Assembly: GCA_043228905.1 (NCBI GenBank)
Contig: JBHGNT010000021.1
Coordinates: 6,696,001-6,760,000 of the forward strand
Direction of reading: 5' to 3'
DNA length: 64,000 nucleotides
Source of the DNA: Azolla caroliniana
Taxonomy: Eukaryota > Plantae > Polypodiophyta
The notes under the pieces were generated by a model, which had not been told where the DNA came from, made no database searches, and worked only from the letters and a program-made list of their open reading frames with translations. Positions 50,212 to 60,226 of this stretch are shown in pieces. The position numbers and the translations under genes are program-made. Every line of letters begins with the position of its first letter. The first letter of the stretch is position 1.

Positions 50212-50611
50212 TGTTACGAAGGCGCTCCGTCTCTTCTGTGTGCACAGTGGATCGTGATGTGCTAGATCATTTAGTGCTCAAGATAGAAAGGGGAAGGCTA
50301 AGGAGACTTACCTCTGTGTAGCAAACCAAAAAGCTTCTTCTATTTCATTACACGCAGAGCTCAACTCGCTCTCGTCAGTTTTCTGTTTTCTGTTCTTACT
50401 TCTCTCACTCTTATAACTTCTTCTTCTTACAACTTACTACACTTACTTTTTACTTAAGTATATAAGTGACTTAAATATATGCAGCTAATTAGTTGTCAGT
50501 AGCTAAATAGTTGTTTCACCTTTATGTCCACTAGTAGCTAATTAGCTAATAGCTAATATAGCTTATTTCTCAATAAGCATCACATACCTTTGTTGAGCTT
50601 GCTTCTCAACA
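50212..50611 (-). mobile_element. Solo LTR (400 bp) inserted in the 3' UTR of copia #3
   Basis: TGTT...CAACA ends; TSD CGGGG/CAGGG. Confidence 0.65.
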
Positions 50612-51418
50612 CAGGGGAGATAACCCCAAATACTTGTATATGCAAGAAAGAGTAGTCCTTTTACGGGGGAGTTTGTTGACATAAAAGGCCGACTCCTTCC
50701 AAGTTGTATCTGTCCGAGTGTGAACTCGTCAATAAGTTAGGGCTTAGTATATAAGAGAATACCTAACATTGTATAGAGTGACGAGGGACAAAGAAACGAA
50801 CTATGTGTGCATTGTATCTCAGAGAACGAAGCGATAAAACTTTCCATTAGAGCTTGCACTGTGTAAGCCACGCTGTCGTGCCTTTCGGCTCCGGATCGTT
50901 GCGTGAGTCGGGTGGGAACCACAGAGGTCTTGGACTAGGAGAAAGAAGTTCGTGAGATAGAGATTAATTATGAATAAATAGCGAAGAGAAAGATAAGAAA
51001 CTCGTGAATCACACGAGTATACTATATTAATTGGTACTTAGGGTGTTAAGAGAGAAGTAGATGTATAAATCGTGAATCCCACGAATAATTTTTGTATTGA
51101 TTAATACTTAATCCAAATAATCAACAACCCTTTATATATTTCTCTCCTCCTTATATAAGGAAGGAAGAGCTAAGCATGGCTTCATGCTTTTTTTTTACAA
51201 AAAGTGTTCATGTCCACTAAATGTGCATGTGATGCTTTTTTATTTCCTAAGTATAGGGCTCATGCACGCTAGATGTGCATGAGTTATTTTTAGTGTCTCG
51301 TGTTTTTCTTTTTTTCTTTTTCATATATTAAAAAAATACACGATTTACCTTTTAATAAAGGTATGCATAAATAAAGGTCTTATACGTATTAAATCTATAT
51401 TTAAAACACTTAAGATAA

Positions 51419-51485
51419 GTTAATGTAATGGTAAGGTTGGGGTTTGTCAACGTGGAGGTGCAGAGTTTGAATCACGCCCTGCGTA
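51419..51485 (+). ncRNA. tRNA-like cassette in the LTR (second copy ~55237-55303)
   Basis: TAATGTAATGGTAAG...GGAGGTGCAGAGTTTGAATC, followed by a T9 run. Confidence 0.45.
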
Positions 51486-51635
51486 GTAGTGAGTATTTCC
51501 CTTTTTTTTTGACATTTATGTCTCTTTATCCGGCTCTTCCTTGCCGGTATGCCGTTTTCCTCCTTGCCGGTTCTCACCGAGCACTCCATTCTCTATCCGG
51601 AGGGACAAAAATATAATTTCCACATAGTGTGCAAC

Positions 51636-52208
51636 CTACACTACGACACTCGCCCCCTCCAAACCCGCACATCCTCCGGTATGTGCCGAAGTTCTTGATT
51701 CTTCGTATCCGTCTTCATCCGAAGCTTCCTCCGATTCTCCCCTTATGTCGACTATGAGTTGTAATCCACTTTCTTCGCTTCCCGCATCATTGTGGTCTTC
51801 GTCCGATTGCTCCTCGTTGTCGGCCTCGACTTGGATCACATAAGGTTTGTCGTCGGTCCGCTTCTTGAAAATCTTCACCCGCTTCCCGGCTATAGGCACT
51901 CGTAGTATTGTTCCATCCAACTCGGACAGTCGATACGTCCCGTTGTCGAAGACCTTCTGAACCTCGTACGGCCCGAACCACCTTTTTGCGAATTTCCGCA
52001 TCGTTGTATGTTGATGGTCCAAGCTACTATCATAGACGATCACCCAATCTCCTTCTTCAATCCTCCTCGGTCGTAGTCGGTGCTTTGTGTCGAACCGGCT
52101 TTTGTTCCGGAACCGTGCTTCTTGTTGTCGGCGTGACGCTTCCGCTACATCTTTCGGTCTTCCCTCCAGTTGTCGTATCCGGACCGCTAGTAGTTCTTCC
52201 CGGCTCAT
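51636..52208 (-). pseudogene. Integrase C-terminal fragment of the same element
   Basis: KFAKRWFGPYEV...GTYRLSELDG...IAGKRVKIF, fused by deletion to the pre-RT region (STKYKTV). Confidence 0.75.
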
Positions 52209-52613
52209 CTCTTCCTTCCACGGTCTTGTATTTCGTACTTACCATTGCTTCTTCTTTGCGGAGCGCATCCGGCCCCATTTTCGCAACGATCTCGTACATC
52301 TCGACCGATTCCACCGGGACTACCCGGTTCCCTTGGCTTTTATCTTCCGCAAGCTCTTCAAGCCGTTGTAGTGTATTCCCATAGAACACTTCCTCGATCA
52401 CTCCCACGATTTCTTCGTCTTCTTTTATTATTGATGCCGACCGTAACTTATCCTCCACTTGTCGGTATTGTTTCTTCATTCCTCCGGTTACGGCCGTGTA
52501 CGTAGATGCCCCATCCGGGCCGATTCGTACTTGTTTTGCTCCGAGAGTTTTCTTCTTGTGTGGGGTATCAGGGCTTCTCGGACTATCACTTCCCCACTTT
52601 GCAACAGTCCGCT

Positions 52614-54653
52614 TTAAAAATCCATTCTCACTTGGGACAAGAGTTCCCTCTTGTTCCTTTCGTGATTTGCCGGCACCGTTAGGAATTGGACGGATTTCCC
52701 TCCGTTTTGGCTCCGAATTCGCGCAAAAGCCGCACCACTATCGAGCACCTTCGTCTCCATCCGTGAAGCCGTGATAAAGGGTTGGCCGAGGATGACAGAA
52801 TGTGAAACCTCATCCTGCACAAAGAAATTTTGGTCAATTTCGACATCCCCGATCTTTACCGTCACATCCGGACAAGCCGCAAATAGGTCTTCTGTCGTTT
52901 TCGTGGCTGCCCGAATCTTCCATCCATGGTTGGTGTTTATAGGCCACTTCCCCTTTCGGTAGAACTCCTTGGATATCAAGTTGATCTCCGATCCGTGATC
53001 AATCAATGCTAGCACGGGTTCTTTGATGTTGCCGATTCGGACCGGAGTCTCCGTAGTCGCACGTGCCCAGTGTGGCCTTGTATAGTGGGAGTTCGGAATT
53101 TCGCCTTCCACTTCGGTGTCGTTCATTGAAACGGTATTTGCATTCACCCTTGGAGCATTTTCCTCCATACTTTGTCTCTTCCTTTTCACGAGATCCACGA
53201 GAAGATCGTGAAACTCCTTCTTCGCTATTCCGAGTAGTTCCCGCAGCGAAAAATCTACCCGGCTATCCAAGATTCTTTCCTCGAACACTCTTTTCAAGTC
53301 GGTTTGTTGTTCTATGTCCGAGGCGAGCTTGAATGCCGGAGTCGCCTTTTCTTTTCCCTTACCTCCGGAGTTCCAGCTTTCCGGTATCTTCGATGGTCTG
53401 GCCGCATCCTCCGTGCGCCGTCGTTTCTCGTCCACATACACCTCATGTAATTGACACAGGGCGTATATGCTATTCTTGTCGACAGGGCACTCCCATCCCG
53501 TAGCTTCCCGGACGCCTTCCGCGGTGTTTCGGATATCGTTGGAGTCGGTTTTCTCGGTGTTTCCTAGCACCTCCGGCCAGAAAGACGCCTTCGCCCCCGT
53601 TGACTCCCCGACACATATTCCCGCGGTTGTCGCATAGTTGCTTCTTGCCGCTAACTCCTCCTCGAGCACCTTCTTCATGCCGCCTTTCCGGAAGTTCGGT
53701 CGGAGTGGCTTCCGAGAGTCCATCGAATGAATCCGGTTTCCCTCGTAGTAGATGAGATCCCGTCGTAGCGCCTCCTTATGGTCGTCGCAATCCCTCCGAT
53801 CGTGTTCGGCGCTATCGCACCATATGCACCGTCGATCCGTATATTTGGAGCTTGTGGGGCGGTCATCCGACTTCTTCACCATCGCGATCTTTAGATTCTC
53901 CATCTCCTTCAGCAGCTGCTCCACCGTAGACGCGTCGACTCCCTTCTCGACCGTAATCTCCCGAGCCCTCGGTTGATGGTCTTCCAGTCCCGTTCTCGGT
54001 TTCGGAATCGGTTCCGAAACCCTCTTTTCTTCGTTGGCAAGCCATTGCCCCCTCTTCGTGTACCGCGCGACGATATCCCGCACGCTTTCCCATGTTTCGG
54101 TGAGGCCGCTTTCGGTGGTCGTGTCCTCAAGAAGCACTCCGAGATCTTTCCGGTCCCGGACGTCCACAGCTCGCAAAAACATGATGACTTTGTCCGGTGC
54201 AAGAATAGTTTGATCTCTCGCGGACAACCTCCCGAATCGACTTTCGAATGTCGAAAACACTTCGAGGACCTTCAGCCCCTTACCTGACGTTTCCACCCAA
54301 TCCTCGAATCCCCTCCGCGTTGCCTTGGAGGAGTCCTCGATGGCAAACGTGGTCTTTAACGCCTCTTCGAATGCTTCCCACGTCGGATTTTGTTGTTGCA
54401 ACCCGTGGATACTCCCTTGAAGCCCGTCGGTCGCCACCCGGTTAAAGGATGTCACTTGCAGTCCTTCTGAAGCCAGGCACCGGAGCATCTCCACCTTGTA
54501 GTCCTGCAAATATCGCGACACATCCTTACCATTAAATTGCCCGTTGCGTTGCACGAGCCGCTCTACTGATGCTGAAATCTCCGACATCGTGCGTTGTTCT
54601 TGAAGCATCCGTTCGAACATCGCCATCATATTGTTAGCTTGTTGAGCCTCCAT
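52614..54653 (-). CDS. Gag-protease polyprotein (intact ORF)
   Basis: Zinc knuckle CIWCDSAEHDRRDC, protease ALIDHGSEIN...VILGQPF; likely start MEAQQ just after the PBS. Confidence 0.85.
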   Translation of the reverse strand: MEAQQANNMMAMFERMLQEQRTMSEISASVERLVQRNGQFNGKDVSRYLQDYKVEMLRCLASEGLQVTSFNRVATDGLQGSIHGLQQQNPTWEAFEEALKTTFAIEDSSKATRRGFEDWVETSGKGLKVLEVFSTFESRFGRLSARDQTILAPDKVIMFLRAVDVRDRKDLGVLLEDTTTESGLTETWESVRDIVARYTKRGQWLANEEKRVSEPIPKPRTGLEDHQPRAREITVEKGVDASTVEQLLKEMENLKIAMVKKSDDRPTSSKYTDRRCIWCDSAEHDRRDCDDHKEALRRDLIYYEGNRIHSMDSRKPLRPNFRKGGMKKVLEEELAARSNYATTAGICVGESTGAKASFWPEVLGNTEKTDSNDIRNTAEGVREATGWECPVDKNSIYALCQLHEVYVDEKRRRTEDAARPSKIPESWNSGGKGKEKATPAFKLASDIEQQTDLKRVFEERILDSRVDFSLRELLGIAKKEFHDLLVDLVKRKRQSMEENAPRVNANTVSMNDTEVEGEIPNSHYTRPHWARATTETPVRIGNIKEPVLALIDHGSEINLISKEFYRKGKWPINTNHGWKIRAATKTTEDLFAACPDVTVKIGDVEIDQNFFVQDEVSHSVILGQPFITASRMETKVLDSGAAFARIRSQNGGKSVQFLTVPANHERNKRELLSQVRMDF

Positions 54654-55557
54654 CTCCTTGCCACCCGTCTTCACGTCGGGTTCACCAACTGTGTCGTGCC
54701 TTTCGGCTCCGGATCGTTGCGTGAGTCGAGTGGGAACCACATAGGTCTTGGACTAGGAGAAAGAAGTTCGTGAGATAGAGATTAATTATGAATAAATAGC
54801 GAAGAGAAAGATAAGAAACTCGTGAATCACACGAGTATACTATATTAATTGGTACTTAGGGTGTTAAGAGAGAAGTAGATGTATAAATCGTGAATCCCAC
54901 GAATAATTTTTGTATTGATTAATACTTAATCCAAATAATCAACAACCCTTTATATATTTCTCTCCTCCTTATATAAGGAAGGAAGAGCTAAGCATGGCTT
55001 CATGCTTTTTTTTTACAAAAAGTGTTCATGTCCACTAAATGTGCATGTGATGCTTTTTTATTTCCTAAGTATAGGGCTCATGCACGCTAGATGTGCATGA
55101 GTTATTTTTAGTGTCTCGTGTTTTTCTTTTTTTCTTTTTCATATATTAAAAAAATACACGATTTACCTTTTAATAAAGGTATGCATAAATAAAGGTCTTA
55201 TACGTATTAAATCTATATTTAAAACACTTAAGATAAGTTAATGTAATGGTAAGGTTGGGATTTGTCAACGTGGAGGTGCAGAGTTTGAATCACGCCCTGC
55301 GCAGTAGTGAGTATTTCCCTTTTTTTTTTACATTTATGTCTCTTTATCCGGCTCTTCCTTGCCGGTATGCCGTTTTCCTCCTTGCCGGTTCTCACCGAGC
55401 ACTCCATTCTCTATCCGGAGGGACAAAAATATAATTTCCACATAGTGTGCAACCTACACTACGACAACGCGTACTCTATTTTCTGTCTGCGTTGTTTGTT
55501 GTACAAAACCGACAACAGATCCATACATGTTTCTGCAAATCGCACTTGTTACTGACA

Positions 55558-56600
55558 AAGCCGAGAAAATGGAGGCTGGTGCTTTCCAATCGACACTTCT
55601 TCCATTGGAGTTGCAAGCTATGCTTAGTTATGCATGCGAGGACTTCAACGAGAGTTTGTAGATGGTCCTCCCAAGTGGCCATGTGGATAAGGATGTCATC
55701 GTGATAAACGAGGAGGACAACTTTGATGATAAGGGCAGTGAAGATGGAGTTTGCCATGCATTGGAATGTGTAGTCAGCATCAGATAGGCCGAACGACATG
55801 CGGGTGAACTGGAACAGCCCGCGGTGTGTGCAGAATGTGGTCTTGTGGGCATCAGAAGCTTTTAGGGGGATTTGCCAATATCCTGAGGCTAAATCAAGGG
55901 AGGTGAAGTAACCGGAGCCACTGAGTTGATCCAAGAGGTCGTCCAAGCAAGGGAATGGGTAGAGATCATGGATAGTCACTTTGTTGGCGGAAGGTGCCAT
56001 CATCCTTCTTGACAAGGTGGGGTTCTGAAACCCAATCGATGGTAGAAGGAATGATAATACCTTTGGCAAGCATGTCCATGACGGCAACATGCGATCGCGG
56101 TCGAGGGGGGAACGTCGGTGGGTAGTCATGCGGATTGGAGTGGCTTCCACGGTACGAATGACATGTTGTACAGGGAAAGAAACAATAGGAGCATGCGTGG
56201 GTTGGAGGGTTAGTGACAGAAAACAAGCTAATAATTGGTGGATGGAGACCAATCGCTCCTGTGGACTGAGGGCCACTTGAACTTGGCTATGGTGGGGGAC
56301 AAGGGAGCTATCGTGTAGGAGGGGGATAGGGGGAGCATGTGGGACAATAAGTTTGTGGGCATCGAAATCAATCACAACGCGGCGATTGAGGAACCAATCA
56401 TAACCTAAGGTGAGGGGGAAGAGTTGGTGGGGCAAGACATAAAAGTGGTGTGAGAAGGTGAGAGCGCCTAAGGTGAAGACGCAGTGGGCTTGTGTGTGAG
56501 AGTGGTATAGATGTTGGTGATCACCAAAAAGGACTTGGATGGAAGGAGTGGTGGATGTGGGGAGGCCTAATTAGTGAACTAAGGCGGTGCTAATGGAAGA
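55558..56600 (-). mobile_element. Decayed gypsy protease/RT fragment
   Basis: LDDLLDQLSGSGYFTSLDLASGYWQI...HRGLFQF...VYHDDILI. Confidence 0.8.
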
Positions 56601-58099
56601 GATACTACTACTAGAGTCTAACAAGATGGTGTGGGTGGAGTGACTGATGGTGGCGAGAGCGGTGCATACCTGCGAACTGGAAGAGGTTGACGCTTGGATG
56701 TGGGGTCGACACATCCCTCAGAGTTATGTGGCCTTGAATATATGGTCTTAATGTTGTTATAAGATTTTTCGAAGTCTCGATGGCGACTTTAAAAGATTCA
56801 GGACCACATGAAACTTTAACAAGTCGATCTTCAGACAATAGTTAGTTTAACCGTAGTTAGGTTAGATCCTAGATTTATACGGCGTTAAAACCGTGGTTAA
56901 AATAACTATAGTTAGTTTAACCGTAGTTAGGTTAGATCCTAGTTAGTTTCCCTAGGTTAGTTAGTTGTTAGTATTCTTTGGTTAGTTAAAAGTTAGTGAG
57001 TTAGGTACTCTAGGGTAATTATAGTTAAGAGTTAGAGTTAAATATGTGATAAGCAATTATTGGTTATAGTAGTTACATTGTAGTTGTATTTATTGCATGT
57101 AATCATAACTCAACAATAATTGGACACTATTGATTGCATCAGTTCATAATAGTTTTATAATGATTACCAAAAAATGATTATGAACTTATGATTGAAGTGA
57201 AATAAATAAAGATAATAATTAATATAAGTTCCTCTTTTTCACATGGGGAATAACACTTTTATTCACACGTGGGGAATGACACTTATAAATGTTTGTGATC
57301 TTTATTAATGAACAAATGATTGAGATTAGACTTACATATTTATGACTCTCTAATGATTTTGAATATAGATTATATGTTACCACCACTAACATGAGTTAAC
57401 TAAAAGAACATAGTTTAATTAAAGCAAGAATTACACAAACTCTATAAGTATTACTAAGTCCCAAATTTGGGGTCTGCCCCTCTAGGAAAATAGGCTTCTA
57501 TTAATAGGAATCATTGGGATGTCAAACGTTCACTGATTGAATCGTTTGCACTTCCAAGGTTCTTTATTTATAACAATTTCTATATTTTAGGTATATACTT
57601 AACAGATGTAACACTCTCCTGCTAGGGGTGAGAGTTTCGACCCCGAAACTAATGTATGGTGGCAACATTTAGGCCCCCATTTTAACTATGGTTTAGTAGC
57701 TCCATTAACCACTCAAAACCTACTTGCCGTAGTGCCTCCTCAGTAACCCACAAAGCTTCTACCAATGCTCGCCCTTGCTACTTGATCAAGTAGTGTTTTC
57801 TCCCTCTACGAACTTGTGCCTTTTATATGGCCTCTAGTTCGCAAGGCATGTTATTGGTTGCATCACGACCCCATGTTTCATCTGTATGAAAACACTTTAG
57901 TAGACTGACATGAAAAACATCGTGGATTTTGGAGGTTGACGGTAATTGTAATTTGTAGGAGACGTTGTTGATTTGTTTTGTTATCTTGTATGGGCCGTAG
58001 TATTTGTGATTGAACTTCAATGTGAGACCTTGAGGTAACGGCCAATTAGCCGCACTGACTAATACTAAGTCTCCTGGGAAAAACTCCACATGTTCATGT

Positions 58100-58881
58100 T
58101 GTCGTGCCTTTCGGCACCAGATCGTTTGCGTGAGTCGGGTGGAAACTGCTAGGGTTTTGGATTAGGAGAAAGAAGAATATGAGATAATGTTAGTTAGGAA
58201 GAGATTGCAAGAAGAAGATATGAAACTCGTGAATCCCACGAGTATAGTGTATTCATTGATACTTAGATTGTAAGAGAGAAATAGATGGCAAAATCGTGAA
58301 TCCCACGATTATTTTATATTATTCCAACCTTATAAAAATCAACAACACCTATACATCTCTCTCTCTTCCTTATATAGTGTTGGAAGGGTCTAAGTTTATC
58401 ACATGCAAGCATCATGCTTTTCCTAACTTTAGTTGTCATGCACACTGTATGTGCATGATTAGCTTTCTATCCATCTTTTCTTTTAACTCGAGTGTGTATG
58501 CATAAATAACTTTTTGTACCATGCATATCTAGAATATTTACATGGGATAAAGTTTAGTGTAACTTTAAAATTTATAATATGCTAGTATAGTGGTAAGGTT
58601 TAAAAATTGTTAACATGGAGGTATTGGGTTTGAATCCTGCCCTATGCATGTAATAATCTTTTCTTCTATTTACAAATTCTTCATCCGGTGAGAGACTCTC
58701 ACCGGCCTTCTTTATCCGGCTCTTGCCGGTTCTGCTTGATCCGGTTCTCACCGGTTCCTCCTTACCGGTTCCTCCTTGCTGGTTCCATCCTTCATCCGAT
58801 TATCACCAGTTCCTCCTTGCTAGTTCCATCCGAAGGGACAAAAATGCAATTTTCACGTAGTGTGTGAATTACACTACGACA
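58100..58881 (-). mobile_element. Solo LTR of the Trp-primed gypsy group
   Basis: TGTCGTGCC...CTACGACA ends shared with the 50874 and 59461 LTRs; TSD ATGT/ACGT; tRNA-like cassette at 58581-58648. Confidence 0.88.
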
Positions 58882-59558
58882 ACGTTTCTTGTTGACCCGA
58901 TTTATCATCTGACACTTTGTCTTAGTCAAATGCACTTGTGTTGCTTGCATTCTCTCTTTCCATTCTTCTAAAAACTTGGCTACATCTAGCTCTTATGCCC
59001 GTGTTTTGTTTGTTGTATGTAATAAGGCAATCGGGTTTCTCTCCATTTGAGCGTACATACTCAATAATTTCCTTCTCCATTTTAGACCATACGAAGTACT
59101 TTTTTGCGACCTTTAATGTTCGTTTTTTGTCCTCGATGCCCAACCATGTGGCAATCGTGTACTTCATGCAGTATTTTGGCCTTTAGTTGTATATTATTAG
59201 GAATTACTACCTTATCTTCACTCCATAATAACTTGTATAATCCGTGAGCCGTCTGTCCACTTTCCACTTTGTCTTTTAATTGTCTTACTACAACATCATT
59301 TTCTTGAGCTTGTCGAATCTCTCTGATCCATCCTTGCATCATGATGACGGACATGTAATGAATCCGTGGCATCCTACTCAATGCATCTGGTAGTGTGTGC
59401 AGCTTCCCCTTCTTATGCACAATTTTTATATCAAACTCCACCAACATGTCTTGCCACCGTTGTCGTAGTGTATTTTGTACACTACGTGAAAAACGTATAT
59501 AGTATTAGATTCAATAAAAAATGAAGAAATAGAAGAAAATAGCAAAATAAATGGAACA

Positions 59559-59625
59559 TGCATAGGGCAAGATTCGAACCTTGCACCTCCATGTTAATAA
59601 TGTAATGTCTTACCATTACACTAGC
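59559..59625 (-). ncRNA. tRNA-like Pol III cassette in the LTR (second copy 62348-62414)
   Basis: GCTAGTGTAATGGTAAG (A-box) ... GCAAGGTTCGAATCTTGC (B-box within a hairpin), then TTTT runs. Confidence 0.6.
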
Positions 59626-60226
59626 ATTTCATTAGTGTTAAAGCATAGATGTCCCACATAGAAAGGTAAATTCACGCTAGGATAAACATTAGAAAAACGC
59701 ATAACAAAAGAAAAAGCTACACATACACATCTAGCGTGCATGATAAAAAACGCACAAGTTAGAAAAAAGCATGATCACTTTAGATAAAGCATATAGTCTA
59801 TCTATAGGAAAAGCATGGGGTCTATAGTTAGAGAAAAAGCATGGATTACTAAGACTTCCTCATCACTACATAAGGATGGGGAGCACAATGTAATTGTGTG
59901 TGAAAAATATTTGGAAACTGGATATGTTTCTAAAAAACACCAATTAATAAACTATACTCGTGGGATTCACGAGAATTCTATATCATTCTCTTTCAACCGA
60001 AGTTTATATTCTTATATTCATATTGATTAATCTAATACAATACACTCGTGGGATTCACGAGTTTGCTATAACTCTTTCTTACAACATATTTATATTCTTA
60101 TTAGCCTTAAACTCTCCTCTTCCTAGTCCAAAACCCCAGTGGTTCCCACCCGACTCACGCAAACGATCCGGAGCCGAAAGGCACGACACAGTTGGTGAAC
60201 CCGATGTGAAGGCGGGTGGCAAGGAG

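Larger units (their letters stand above)
50874..55466 (-). mobile_element. Phygy-like gypsy element, recent, with the RT-RH-integrase core deleted
   Basis: 775-bp LTRs (50874-51648, 54692-55466) differing at only a few sites; perfect 4-bp TSD ACGC; tRNA-Trp PBS; PPT GGAGGGGGCGAG; lineage name is inferred. Confidence 0.93.
45691..55557 (+). mobile_element. Ty1/copia element #3, degenerate, with nested insertions
   Basis: Last ~29 bp of the 5' LTR and PBS TGGTATCTGAGC at 45722; gag 45820-46485; PR (WLLDSGAT), INT, RT 48410-49507, RH; PPT GGGGGAG ~50665; 3' LTR 50674-50873 plus 55471-55557. Confidence 0.92.

Noticed and set aside
59960-60226. Hydrophobic N-terminal extension of the 762-aa ORF as an env-like or TM segment
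   Set aside because: Lies within the LTR/PBS and starts at a non-ATG codon; homology with the other gag begins at MENQQ (60227)
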